The notes beneath the pieces are model-generated. The model made no database searches, was not told the origin of the DNA, and saw only the letters and a program-made list of their open reading frames with translations. Shown here piece by piece: positions 37,298 through 51,475 of a DNA stretch of 64,000 nucleotides (position 1 is its first letter; each line of letters begins with the position of its first letter). This DNA is from Ascidiella aspersa (Eukaryota). Location: NCBI GenBank assembly GCA_963924565.1, contig OZ004614.1, positions 7,440,001 through 7,504,000 on the forward strand. Direction: 5' to 3'. Made by a program: the position numbers and the translations under genes.

Positions 37298-37490
37298 AAA
37301 TAATTTCTTCTGGTATATATTTGTTTGTCGAACGTTTCGGCTATCTATCCAAAAAACCTTCATTAGGGAATGTGACGATTCCTGATAAAGGCTTTCTGGA
37401 TAGTTAGCCGAAACGTTGGACAAACCAATAAATACCAGAAGAAGTTATTTTCAGTATATAATTTGACTAGTAGCAACAGCATATTTAATA
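37298..37490. mobile_element. Palindromic pair of degenerate hammerhead-bearing repeats (Penelope-like LTR remnant), same family as 61340-61540
   Basis: ~75-bp arms form an inverted repeat centred at ~37373. Each arm has CCT(G/A)AT(A/G)AAGG...GCCGAAACGTT. The right arm continues into TAGCAACAGCATATTTA, also found reverse-complemented at ~61343-61359. Confidence 0.55.
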
Positions 37491-38877
37491 ATCACATAGT
37501 AAGTTGTGTTTGCCACACAACTACAAAAAGCGGCCGTAAGCTGACAATGATAGCGGACCTGAACCTCATAGCAATGTCGTCATTTCCTGCCCCCGGCAAT
37601 TGTCCGTAGAACAATGACCCAAAGACACAAGTCTAGGCCACCGTAAACAATTCAGCATTAAAAAACAACACTTGGTGCTCTTTGGTTTTGATAAGTAGAA
37701 AGTAACGCAAAAAAAATAAAAAGGTACGGTCTACAAATATCGCAACGCACATTAATTGGGTTAGGGTGCTGGTTAACGTTTAGGTATAGTTCAAGCATAA
37801 TTATCAATATCAAATACAATATTACTTGACCCACCCACACCCGAACACTAACTCTAACCTAATATTGTGCGTTATCTCTTAATTTTGTAGATTTTTGATT
37901 TTTTGCGTACCAAATTGAAAGAGCCCCAACACTTTTACTACGCCCAACTCTAGAAACGCGCGCTTTTTTAGCCAATCCCTTTTGTATCGTTCCCCTGCAA
38001 TCTGCGCTTGTATGCGTGAAAAAATACGCAGATACAGTCCGCCATCTTTCTAGACCACTTCCTAATCAGCTAAAAGACGCGTTTATCATCCCGTTATATA
38101 CGCTTCGCAGGAACCTCAACCTCCCATTCGTCTTGTGCCGAAATGCGTCCGTTTTGTCGAAGGGAAGCCGCTATAATCGGCCATCATCTGATACATAATG
38201 TGCGCTTATGAGAAAGAGCACGCAACGCACTTTATTTTTTCTAGCGAATATTCTTTCCAGTTTAGCCTGACCCCGACGAAACGTTATTTTCGCGACTGCG
38301 TTCGTCTTTTCATATACAGACAAGTCGCCCTTATGCACCGGTTCTACCAAGTGGGATCCTATATATAGGGCGGGCGCATTAACCACCGGTCACACACACA
38401 CACCATGCCTGTGTGCACTTGACGCAATTTCGGGCAATTGGGCACGTTTTGCGCATTAAACCCTTAACTGTCGCTTGGTCGCGCGACTAAAGTGGGCCGT
38501 TGTTGTCGGCACATCTCAAAACCAACACTCTCAAGCTGTTTGTCGATAGAAAGCCAAAGGTTCAAAGCAATTAAAAGGCGCCTATATCCAAAGCCAAACA
38601 GTACGCGAACTGTCTTATATTGGCTTGATAAACAGCACATTTATAGTCAATAGTTTGTTGGCTTAATTTGGATACGACCAAAGAGCAACTGTCCTGTAAA
38701 TCTGTTTAACTTTACGACACGCAATTATATTGGGTTTGTAATAACCATTTAGTTTGGGTTTTAATACTGGCTTTTTTCTTGTATTATTGAGTGGTAAAAG
38801 GTCATTGTATATTCTTTAGAAATACTATAGATGACGAGGGTTTAGTTTTTTGCATTCTGCACATTGTTCATTTAAAA

Positions 38878-39176
38878 CAGTGGTTCTCAACCGGGGTGCC
38901 GCGGCACTCTTGGGTGCCATTTACAGTCCTGAAGGGTGCCGAAGGATATTTGACAATCTTTAAGAATCTGATTTTTGCTCGACTCTTACAACTTTTTTGT
39001 GTAAGATTAGAGTGGAATAAATCCAATTATAACTTACGTTGTGCATAGTTGATGTGTGTTGTTCCATTTATTGCGACATTTTAATGAATTACCTACTGAA
39101 AACTCTTGTAAGGGTGCCGCAATATATTTATTATTTTTGAGGGGTGCCGCCCGCCATAAAAGACTAAAAAACACTG
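38878..39176. mobile_element. hAT (Charlie/Buster-like) MITE with GGGTGCC repeats
   Basis: CAGTGGTTCTCAA ... AAACACTG; TSD ATTTAAAA/ATTTAAGA; paralog of 40182-40499. Confidence 0.85.
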
Positions 39177-40181
39177 ATTTAAGACAAGGACATTTACTTG
39201 CAAACGGCCTTTGTTGGCCAGCTGCGAAAACCTAACTTGGGTAGAGTGGGGTGTGTGGTTAATTTAAGGTCCGTTGACCCCCAAGAGATCAACGGTGACT
39301 CACGCTTGCTGAGCAACCAGATACACTGAATGGCGAAATAACGCAAGACGCGGTATCAGTTCGTGACAACACGCGAGCATCCTTATCTGCCGCTAAACTG
39401 CTCCGACCACCACCGACGATATACGCGACAAGGAGGCCATTGTCTGTCGCGCCGCCGTTCAGCGTTGTTTTTTTCTCACTTAGTTTTGCCGCTACGCGAA
39501 AGCGAATGTGACACTTTCCACACTATAAATATGGACGCTTGATCCTCCCTCTTCACCTATCTCACCTGAATACAGCACGTATTTACCAGATGCTTATTGT
39601 TGAGTCACTGCTGTATATCGCATGATTAAGTTTGTTAAATTTGAGATTATGGTTCTGAGCAAGATGTCTAAAAAAAAAAAAAAAAACACAGCCTACTTTA
39701 TTTAAATTCGAATTAAATGAATGGTATAGGCGACACAAAAGGTTTGAGAAACACTGTTCTAAGCCTTACTTAATTTGGTCTCCAAAGTTAAACGAAATGC
39801 CCGCAAATCGTTCGCGAAAAGTTTCTTTCTAATCCTCTAAGCGGCGTTTAGAGGTCATGCAAAATACTCTTCGGAAAAACCCGATAGATACTCGCACCTG
39901 TGCACCTGGTATGACCTGCAAAAAATAGTGCCTCTATACGGAGCTGTGTATAGAAGCTATAAACACTGACCTGACACGCTATGTATAGGGCGTTGTTGTC
40001 TTGATGTACGACCCACGGACCACAGGCGTATCCGCTGCCTGGTTATTAGCCTGGCGTGATGAAGGCATGTATACGTGGGCTAGGACTACAAGGTGCTGTA
40101 AATAGTACCAAGAACCTATGTTTGCGTGAAGCGATATACTGTAGATATCTGTGCCTTGCATTTCAGTAAAACTGTTTATGG

Positions 40182-40499
40182 CAGTGGTTCTCAACAAGGG
40201 TGCCCCGGCGACCTGGCGTGCCATTTCTAATGCTCAAGGGTGCCGATAGGTATTTGAGAATTTTTAAGAATATGATTTTTGCTCAATTGACAACCTTCTT
40301 GATACAACTATTTGTGTACGATTTGAGAACGTTATATCAAATGACGTCTTTCTGTATGTTTTATGTTGGGTGTGTTGTTCCACATCCATTTATAGTGACA
40401 TTTCAGTAAAACATTCAACAAAAATTCTAGTCGGGGTGCCAAAAATCTATTTATTATATTTGAGGGGTGCCGTAAGCCATGAAAGGTTAAGAATCACTG
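40182..40499. mobile_element. hAT (Charlie/Buster-like) MITE with GGGTGCC repeats
   Basis: CAGTGGTTCTCAA / TTAAGAATCACTG; TSD GTTTATGG/GTTTAAGG. Confidence 0.87.
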
Positions 40500-42209
40500 G
40501 TTTAAGGCCTTGAACGCATTGGCACCAGATCTTTCGACCTGCGGTTTGTTTGTTACCCTTTCAAAGGTTGGCAGATTATTTTAGGTCGTACCACACAGAT
40601 AAAAGATAAATCGGTTGATTCTGCGAAATGATAGCGCGCGTTTGGTTTTGCCTTAATCGAATACCAGAGACCGTTTTCAATAAAAAACAGCCTCAAACCT
40701 GTCACTAACCGAATTTACCAAGGCCTGTATGTATCGTCAGTGTTTACAGCGTTGTCTTTTATATGTTTTCGATGTATTTTCACTGTTTTTTTATCTAATA
40801 TACCTCAAGCGAAACGAGACACTTTTCGCCTTACAAAGAGAACATATATTCTAACTCACAACAGAACATGTATTGTCCAGCTATATCCTAAATACACCAA
40901 ATAACGGTATAGCTGTGATCAAATGAAAGCTGAAACTATTAGCAGACAGTCTTTAAAATTGTGCCTTTTTATCATAACCACTTATTTTACCTCCAGGTTG
41001 TGCTACTTAAATATCATGTACACTTATATTTTCTTTAAATCAACTGTAGGAAAGTATAGTGACAACACTTGTTACACTGAAACAAATCGTTGTTTTACGA
41101 TAGTTTTTTTATAACACGATGCCTTTAGATATAGCTGTTTGCCCATGTAACAAAATCCGTAAAATATGCGATTGGATCTGGGTGGGTCAGATTCCTTGAA
41201 AACAATCAAGAACTTCTTGTATCGACTATAAACATACAACCGATATGAATAAACACTTATCTACTTGCAACACACAAATATTTTAAATAGTTACACAACC
41301 GTGGCAATGCGCACAGAAAACACAAAAAAAAAATCTTATAGCGTATAATACAAGCCAAACCTTCAAGCAGTAAATACTACCATATTTTATTCTAGCCCAA
41401 AACAGTTTGTACACGACGGAGTGTGCTTTGAAGGGGCGCTGTTGATATACCAAAATTAGCAATCAAAAATTAACAAACAGCTCATGTTTCCTTGCATTAA
41501 ACCCGGAAGTATAAGACACGTTCTTACGGGTTGCATACGCTGACTATAAAAACAACCAGCATATGCACTTTAGATTATAGACTACTAGCGCTAAATATTT
41601 GAGCCGCCTTGTGTTGTAAATTCATTTAACGATTTTTTACCTTATATTGCCTCAAAAACTCTCTTTAGTCGTATGTACGACTGTCAAGCCGGAATAACTA
41701 TTTTACCAAATCCTGCGACATGGGCTACTTGCTGTTACTTAACTCCGCAGATTTGTGAAACCGTATATCTTGACAAAATAAAGACGACCATTGTAAATTC
41801 GTCAAGACAAAATTTGGCATACGGCACCACAGTTGTTTTTTACAAATCCTTGATATAAGATTGAAGTTTCCAAAACAGATTCTCTGAGGCACTATACTCG
41901 AGAATATTGAGCTTCTCATAGGATTGCATTCTAAGCTACGAACAACGTTCTTTTGAATGACAAATTCTATCATCAGAAACTGATCCAATACCAATAAAGG
42001 TCCCAAGTTGAATTAACCGTCTTTCATTGGCCCCAAGAGACTATCGAAGACAACACGCCACGGCAAAATCGATTTTTTTTAATACATCTGATTAAAACCG
42101 CGTCGATTAAGCCCAAATCTTTAGATTAAGTTATCAGTCGGGGTCATCATTGCACGCAAACGTAATTAAAATCATTCCTGTTTACAGTCTCTCACTTTTC
42201 TGTTTAAAG

Positions 42210-42497
42210 CAGCGGTTGCCAAACTTTTTGGCTTACGACACACTAAAAAAATTTTAACTAATTTGCGGCACACTTTTAACAGGACAAGTTAGAGTAATTT
42301 TCATAGCGCCCTTAGCACACGACAAACTATATGTAAATGTCTCAATATTATTAACATGTAATAGATAGTGTACAATTAAGTCTAAAATGCTTGCGTGTAT
42401 GGTAATACGAATACTCTCTTTTCCGAACATACAAAAAAATTTGCGGCACACTTGGCAATCTCTCGAGGAACACTGGCACACAGTTTGGGAATCACTG
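42210..42497. mobile_element. hAT (Charlie/Buster-like) MITE with GGCACAC repeats
   Basis: CAGCGGTTGCCAAAC / GTTTGGGAATCACTG; perfect TSD GTTTAAAG. Confidence 0.88.
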
Positions 42498-45400
42498 GTT
42501 TAAAGACACAAACTGCCCATCGGTTGACATTTAACAGTTAGTGATACTTACACACATACGCAAAAGCTGTACAGGTCATTTGGCGGGTAAGATGCGTTTG
42601 CGGACACATGCTGATATATAAATTAGTAATGTGTCGGTAAATGCACGCGATTCTGTACTGATGGTGCTTTTTCTAAATGACGCCGTGTATCGTTTATTTT
42701 CTTAACCGGGCTACGCTTGAAAGCATTAAACTCTTAAGGTCAGTTTGCAAACTTAAAGAAAGAGCAGAAGGCATATTCTTCACCAGCAGGCAGCAACACG
42801 ATAAAGCCAACTTCAACGGACTTATCCCTGAAAAAAGGCGCCGATGTTGTGTTGAAAAAAATAGAGACGACATAATTTAACCGGTTTCTATATAACACCG
42901 GGCTCGAAACATGCACATTTATCGGCAAAGATACCCAAGGAACTCCTCGTGCGACGTAAGCTGTACTTTTCTCAACTGGTTCAGAGCGACATCTGTCTGC
43001 AAGATGCATATTTAACAACAAACGCGTCGGCGCCTCTCTGTTTGTTATCGCAGGAGGCCGCCTTTCCGCTAGCCGAACTGCGACTCGGAAAAGTGATCTC
43101 GCATAAAAACAAACGCGCAAAAGCTACTATTCTGCTGCTGGAACGAGCATTCTAATTGAAAAAAAGTAAGTTTATCTTGTGTGGGTTAGAGTAGATTCCC
43201 GCATTTTTTCTGGAGAAAACAGTTTTTTTCGTGGGCTGTAAAATACAACAGAAACGATCCTTAATCATTATCTGACCGACATATTAAACCATTACATCCA
43301 TCACAAGCAAAAATGCTAAAATGCTAAGCTTCTGTCGAGCTTAGTTCAAACTCAGGCCCTACCCCGTGGCGACACCTGCCTCCATAGTGGAAACAGTTTT
43401 CCACGAGGGCTGGCCTTGAGACCACTTTCAGATTTGTTCACGCAGTCCCGGCCTACTGTATTGCCAATGGGAAAAACACATCCACAACCCTTACAATTAT
43501 TTTTACTTTTACTTTCCTTTAAGGTTAAGTCCATTGGTGTGAAAAAACAGAAAAAGAGTATGAAAGCGACCAAATTAAAGGCACCGGCTTTCTGCTAGAG
43601 GCGCGCTCTAACCAAATAGACTGGTCCGAAATGAAAATCAATGCCGCGATCTGTCGCAGCTCCTGTCATAATCGCCATGACATCACCGTCGCACAAGATC
43701 GACTTGTGATAAAAGACGCAAATTTGTTTTTGAGGCGGGCGTGCGAAACAACGCGAGGTGCCTTGAAACTTTTTTCTCGTTATGTTGAGAAAAGACATCG
43801 CGGTTGTCCGATATTATCGGATCTCAACCGATAACTCGATACCACTTGGCTAGGAGGCAAATTTAAATCCAAGGCAGCCCAGCGTCCAAAATCCTAAAAT
43901 CAAATTGTGCCTTGACAATCTGTAAAACATAACATTATAACATTTGCATGACTTAATTTATTTAACATTTTGCTTATTCGACGATTGTTTTTACTGCAAT
44001 TTAGTACTAAATCTGGCGGTTGCACTTATTCCGGAATATAAGGTATGGGATAACCTACAGAAAGCTCCTCAAGATTAAACAGGCTTTTTCAATAAGCACA
44101 CAAAGTAACTGAATAAAGTTGGAATAAAAAATATACACAAAGAGCAACTTCGTTTATACCAGGTTATAGTAAACATAGCCGCCACTTAAACGGCTGGCAG
44201 CATAACAATCTGTTAAAAACACTTTACTTTCGTGTTTAAAAGCTCAAAAAATGCGACAAACGGCGCTTTTAAAGATACAGCGGTGCAGACGATTTAACTA
44301 CCCAAACTTGACACCAAAATCGTCTCTTATCCTGCAAAAACTCTCTCCACGAAACAAAAAAATCGGGAATATAGCCGTGATTCATTGCGCAAATCCTTTA
44401 ACAATCAAGGTCGCCATACATGACTGCCCACACAAAATCGCGCGGCAGTGACTCAAAATCGTGAAAGCGGCATTATGTAGGTAACGCCGATTAACTTGCA
44501 AAATCGCGCCGTAGATGCCCCGCGTCAGTTGTTTACTGTCTCCGAGTTTTTCGGCCCCTTTTCACACGCGACTGACGGACGGACGCGATCCAAAGGCCCG
44601 CGACGTGCGTGATTCACTTTCGGTCGTTTCGCTGACCACGCATAAAACACCGCCTTTGGTCGTTGCGGTCGCGGCAAATCAAGCGCGAAAATCCCGCCGA
44701 TTGCGCGTTTTTTTTCCGATACCCAAACGACGAGCCACTTCGGGCGGGCGAACGCTGAAGTTTTTGCGATTCGGCGTTTTTTTCTGACAGCTTCGCATAC
44801 GCGTTTTCGCTGTTTTAGCCCGTTTTGCACTTTTTCGAAATACCAGCGACGAAAACCGAGAGTAACTCCCAATAACAAGATTCGCCATAAAATTGCACAA
44901 TCCTAAAGTTTAAATCTTACACAAAGTTGCAGTGAAATGTTGTTTCATAGAACTATAATTAGTGGAAGCAAGCATAGCCTTTAAAAAAACAAATAGACAA
45001 CTTAAAAAAGTGTTTGTTTACCCAAATTTAACGTGATTTGAGGTATTATTGCTATTCATAAAAGTTTGTGCCACAGAAACAACAGATTCCATTAAATTTT
45101 CAACGTTTCTGTGCGAACTCGAAACCTACACCGTTGCTTTTGTTGGTTATAGCTTGTTCAGTAGGCCTATTGGCCAAATGAGAACGTGAATAAAACCAAA
45201 AATATTTATTTGATGTTATGTGATTGTGTGATGCAATTTAAAAATTGGTAAACACTGCTTCTCGACCGTATCCTATTTAACCACACAAATATGCCTGGCA
45301 CGGGTTGGTTTTTGCGGCAAACAAGGAAAATTGAAACTTGATTTTTTTTCTACCCTATAGTTTGCATAGCTACCTTATTTTTTTTACTGGCTCGAAAACC

Positions 45401-47143
45401 GGACCAAACAAGCAGCCGGTCACTTTCGTAAAGGTTGTTTAAACTTGGCAAGAAATGAAGAGCGTGACAAGATACGATATATTTGTTTTTTTAAGCTAAG
45501 GCGTTCAACCTGAGCTGGCCTTAAGCGCGAATCCCCTTATTTACGGCCTACACCAAGCGTGGTTAACCTATGATGCAGTATAGTCTACGATTCAAAGTTG
45601 CGCACTATACCCCGAAGATAAACAAAGAAAAACGTCCGTTGGTAAATAAACAACACTAAATAACAAGAAGTTACGACACAAATATTACTCGAATATCAGT
45701 AATTTATAGCTAAAAATGAGATTTACTGAGATTAAATCTGAACATAACAATACTTTTATTAGTTTTGTTGTTTCGCGTGAATCTATAAGTCATTTTCTTT
45801 AAACAATAATCCCCCACCTTGTGATTACTCAACCGGGGTGGATCCACAAGGCAATAACCCTTCAAAACTTATTTTTCGACTATTTTAACTACGTAAATGC
45901 AATTAAAACACATTTTCATGTATGTTTTCGTCCATGTTGAGAGAATTATTCAGCCCTGCCAATTTAATCGATAAAACTGCCGGTTTTACGCGCTGTACGC
46001 CAATGTTCTCGATCGTTTTAGTTACATCATTAAAATAACGACTCTTTTTAAATTACAATGATTGTCTTTATAATGTTACAAATGTACATAGCACCTATCC
46101 AACGCAAAATTTTACCAGAATAGCCTTACTGAATGATTTTTTTGCCCTAAACGCGCAGATTTGACGTGTTTTTTATGTTGCTGTGGTTTCTGTATAAACA
46201 TTTAAGGACCATAGTCCTCAAAACATATGTGCGAATATCATGTTAATGCTTTGTTAAAATCATCCTAATAATATAACCTTACGTCGGGCAAAATACGCTT
46301 TTGTGTATGCAATGCGCATCTTAAATTATAAGTTTTTAAAACTTATACAAATTGAACAAACATAAATTTTTGTTTTTCGTCCTTCATTGTACAAGTTCAT
46401 TTTGACTCGATTTTGGTTGACCTTGCGCACAAGTTCGACCGATAATAGCAGGTTTTATGTTTACTTGTATTATAACATCACGTTTTATATCTGAAAAAAC
46501 TTACAAAGTTACGTGGTCCTCCACAAACAAAATTTTTTATGCACGGTTGATTCAATACAATTTGTCGTTAAAAGGATGTCACCTAATTTCCCGATTTAGA
46601 ATTAGACAAATACGGCTTAACAAAGATAAAAAAAGCAAAACAAGAAGATTGAAACCCAAATTATAAACCTTCGCATGACTGACAAAAGGAACAGTTTGTG
46701 TGGCGCATCTCAACTACAAGCGATAAAAAATGCACATACGGCAAAATGGTCGGGCGCCCCTATACCCTGCGCAATCTAAAGCCAAAAAGCCAAAGCGCAG
46801 GAACTAACGGATTAAAATGGTGACGAGCTTCTCTATGGATTAGCAGTTGAAAGCTGACTGGCCCAAACAGAAAAACACGAGTGCGCTTGAAGGAGCAACA
46901 CGTTGAGGGGATTACGGATTGTGGGTGTCCGACGTAATCCGATGGGAGCTCATACCCGATGCCAACTGATGTAAATAGGCCTCAATATCCGATATTTACC
47001 TTGCATTAGCGTTTTAGCCGTACTTTGGTATTTAAACGGAGCGTTTATTATATAAAAAATATAAATTTCTTAGAAAATTCAACAGAAGGAATCCTAGCGC
47101 TAATGTAATGTTGGGCCGAATAAGCTGAAAAGATACCTTTGCA

Positions 47144-47522
47144 CAGGGGTAGGAAATAATTTTTTTACCGCGGGCCGCATGAGGGACATAAAAATATTGC
47201 GGCGGGTCAGGTGAAAAATAGGATCTCCAATTCACGCAATATGATGTCATACTGTGGCGCTATAAAACGTAAGTTAAAAAAACTATTATTAACGTTTGGA
47301 ATTGCAAAAAAAGTCGCGCGAAACGCGAAAATAGTTTACACTTTGTCTTTCAAACAGGTCAACAACGGAGTTTGGCGGGCTCATACATCCGTACCTGGAA
47401 GGGTGTATATATTTGTTACCACCAAACATAGAAAGTCGCCCTGGTTTTGTACTTTACGAAAACTCGACCGCGGGCAGAATTAAATTGCTGGGGGCAAGCG
47501 GGCTGTATTTTGCCCAGGTCTG
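47144..47522. mobile_element. hAT-type MITE with GCGGGC repeats
   Basis: CAGGGGTAGG ... GCCCAGGTCTG; TSD CCTTTGCA/CCTTAGCA. Confidence 0.75.
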
Positions 47523-48669
47523 CCTTAGCAAGTTTCAGTGCAACTGAGTTTGAATATTTGACCTTATGTTGGGATGTGGTAGTTTGGTTTTGACACTGAC
47601 ACTAACACTTTTTCTGAAATATCGACTATATCAGTATTGAAATACAATACACATTATCCGATATAACGTCACGGATATTTCTTGGCGCGATGCCACTCAA
47701 AACAGTTAGACCGGCTTCAAAAACAGCGTTGGAAGAACGTCCTGATGACAGAAAAATACATATATTTTATATTTTTTTTTGGAACGCAACTGTCTTAAAA
47801 CACATTGAAACGGGACACGGCTACAAAAAAGTGAAAAAAACACTTACGTTGATGTCACTAATAAGTTTGTTTACCAATAGAATAAAGTCTCAATCCAAAA
47901 TTCTGAATATTTGCTAATAATGCACACACTGTATTGTGGACATAGTCTTCAGAACAAATAACGCTACATTAATTAAAATTAAACGTTTTCGGGATTCTGT
48001 TAATTACACCTTGCTGTTTTTAAACAGTAAATTAGCGCTCAAGTGGGTATCACTGTTAAATAAACTTATTTAATAAGAACGAAATATCGCCAAAACGAAA
48101 CAGAACACAACCCTTTATTTGTCTGAATCCTTCAAAAACCAAACCGCCTAATTAGAACAATTATAGACCCGAGGCGAGTGAAGGTTTTCTCCACAATAAC
48201 TGGCCGAAGCGCATTTTTTTGTACTACTACTTACCGCATTTTTTGTACTGTACTATACTTACCAGACACAAAACATAACAGGTGTGACAGTAAGATTAAA
48301 GTCCAGCTAGCCTGTAAATACCTTTAAAAACAAAAAACGAACAGTTTTGCTGATTGAAAATTCAAAAGCCAGCCTGACAATTCTCCTCTCGCCTACGGCA
48401 AGACAAAAAAAACAAACGCTGCAGTTAAAATAAACAGGCGTTCGCGGCAGAAAGTTCCTGTTATTTTTTTTCGGTCGTCTAAATGCCGTTCGGTGCGGCC
48501 CGAATCGATTATGTGTCGCAAATTTCATTTCAGAGGCTGGTATGCGAGCCATGAACACCATTAATACGCAAAATGGATGCCTTTTTAACCTCAACTCTCG
48601 CTAGCGGCGATCAATGAAGAACTGAAAAAAAAATCTCTAGCTATATACGTTAGTTGCCGAGTTCTTACA

Positions 48670-48964
48670 TCCAGCCCAACTTATGTTTGACTGCGATCGA
48701 CTGAAATATTTTTGGAGACTCGCGATCGACTGGTTCCGTAAAAAAGTCACAAGAACACTTACTAAACATTTTGAGCGTTAATTGCATTCCAAGCCAGCGA
48801 TGGAGGTTAATTTGTTACGTCAACAAACGCTTATTTGGCCTGTGTAGACAACAGTTGGTCATTTTAATGTTCCGCTTGTGAGCGACAGCTACTGTAATGA
48901 CGTAACACATATTCGACGCGATCGACCAGGTGAAATGTGGCGATCGACGTGTTGGCTACCCCTG
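48670..48964. mobile_element. Degenerate hAT-type MITE with GCGATCGAC repeats
   Basis: Four GCGATCGAC motifs near the two ends; right end GTTGGCTACCCCTG; left end degraded. Confidence 0.6.
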
Positions 48965-49947
48965 TATACAGAAAAAGCGTGCAAAACGTATTATGACAAA
49001 GCGCTGAAATTCGCCACTGCTAAAACCGAAAGACATCTGTGGGTTTTAACAAAGTGGGCTATTTATCTCGATTAAAATGCTGCATAAGGCTGCTTGCTCG
49101 TATTGAGTGTAATAAAGCAATGCTTTCCGAAAGAAGGGATGCATCTAAAAATGTTGTACTTCTTGCTCCTTTGGATACACACATGTTAAAACTAAAACAA
49201 GACTAAGAACTGAACTGCGCACATTATTTGAGGAATCACGTACAGAGGCAAAAAACGCATTATGTTCTGTTTATAAGTCCCATACATGTATAGGGTCGCG
49301 GACAGGTTTAATAAGCAATAGGGACGAGGAAGTGAAAAGTTTTGAAAGACCTTTGTTAAAGGATCGAAACAAGTTTCCATCATGCAACTTCTTACTAAGC
49401 TTAAGCGGCCTGCTGCAAAAGGAAATGAACTCTGTCTCCTGTCTCATTGACCCACGATGGTTTCAATATCACACTGTGTTCAAACGACACTATAAGATTA
49501 TAACTCTAGCACGATAAGATTATAGCCTAATATCCACTTCAAGGCTTCGACAAAACGCATTACGATTCAACTCGTTTTGTTTGCACTTTTATCCAATGTA
49601 AATTATTCAAAAAATAAAAAACAAATTGACATGAGTGTATTAATATTACAGTCGTTCATCGAACTACCACATACATAACTGTTGTAGTCTCGAACGCCGA
49701 CAGCTGTCCATCAAACGAATATCGACACAAAGCGCCGAAAGAAAGAGGCTCAAAATCGACAAATGTATACAATACAGTCACAGAGGGCAAGTTTTCATTG
49801 CCGCTTCAAAAACAGCCGACGCTCTATTATTTTTCGTCCTTTTGTGTCAGTTGACTTTGATGCACCGATAAAAAGAATATGGTATAAACATATGAACAAC
49901 GGAAGCTTTAGCTTCAAGAGGTAGCCGTAACTGGATAATGTAATTGA

Positions 49948-50478
49948 CAGTGTTGTAAGGATCTAAGTCATTGACTTGACTTGTGTACACTTAAGTCACT
50001 GTTTTCAAATGACTTGACCTGACTTAAATCTGTTAAGCAAAATGACTTGAATTAACTTAAATCTGTTAAGCAAAATGACTTGAATTGACTTAAATCTGTT
50101 AAGCAAAATGACTTGACTTAAATCTGTTAAGCAAAATGACTTGAATTGACTTAAGACTTTTGGACAAATGGCCAAGTATTTTGGACAAATGAAACTTTTT
50201 TTTTATTGCTTTTTTTTTATTTGCTGTATATTGCATTTGTTTATTTTTTGTTTTTTTTAGATGTATTATTGCCCATAATCATACAAGTTCATGCCAATTT
50301 TACATATTTTACAGTTTACTTTTGTGTCAATCATGACTTGAAATTGACTTTCTCTCATAATGACTTGACTGGGGCTTGACTTGGTAGTATTGCAAAAGAC
50401 TTGACTGGGACTGAAGTTATTTTTTAAATGACTTGACTTGGACTTTAGTCATTTCAAAATGACTTGTTTGCAATACTG
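49948..50478. mobile_element. Family A MITE with internal ~32-bp tandem expansion
   Basis: TIR CAGTGTTGTAA / TTGCAATACTG; TSD GTAATTGA/GTAATTGG; ACTTAAATCTGTTAAGCAAAATGACTTGA repeated 4 times at ~50022-50150. Confidence 0.88.
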
Positions 50479-51055
50479 GTAATTGGTTTAGCTTCCGTGA
50501 CTTTATCATTGACCACATCGGTTTTAATAACAGAGAGGTGCTTCCACTTTTAAAAACCTTAACGCCCTAACAATTTTCAGTTAAATAGTCGCACTTAATC
50601 TCACAAAGATAATAATCAATACATTTTTTGACTGACTGACTTTTTTAAAGTAAGAAACCTCATATTGGGTTTTAAAGCTATTACACAGAACCTAGCAACT
50701 TAAGTCCCCAATGAGTCATAAAGAGAGCGAAATGATATAATTCCGATAGCTTTGGATATATTGATTTTATCTTTCACCAACATTGGTTCACATCGCGGGG
50801 GATTTACCAGCTTCGGGATCCGGACAGAATACTTTTTAGCCTAAAAATCCATAGCCACTGTTCGAGTCAACATTAAGACTTAATAAAGGAAAACAAAAAT
50901 GCAATTGAAATATTACTCGGTCCATCCTCAACACCCATGGCGCAATTTGAAACGCGTTTCGGCCGCATTTGTTTAAAATAAGCACAGACTAGACGACAAA
51001 TCAAACTAACAGTTACCAGCACTATTGTTGACAATTCGTTTTGAAATGACTTCAG

Positions 51056-51475
51056 CACCGGTCAAGTCATTTGTAAAATAACTTGAATCAAAGTCGAGTC
51101 TTTTCAAAAAGTTAAGTCCAAACCCAAGTACCAGTTGCCCAAATCAAGTAAAGTCATTATTAGAGCCAGTCAAGTCAAGACATTAATATAAAAATAAAAC
51201 GTTGAACTATTAAAATTAATAAACTAAACCGATTATGGGTAAAAACCTAACTAAAAAATAACAAAAACACAAATAGAAAGATGGTTTTATGTACAAAAAT
51301 TAGATTTAAACGTAGAAATATTGAGATAAACACCCCATTTTTATAAAAAAACTTTAAAAAACACTTATTTTAACCAAAAAACTGGCCGAATGATTTCAGT
51401 CCAAAGCTGGTCATTTAAAAACGGTGAATTTAGTGCACTTAAACGGAGTCATTGGCTTAAGTCATTTCAACACTG
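51056..51475. mobile_element. Family A MITE, diverged, opposite orientation to the 49948 copy
   Basis: AAGTCA repeats colinear with the 16188 copy; right end TTTCAACACTG. Confidence 0.7.
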
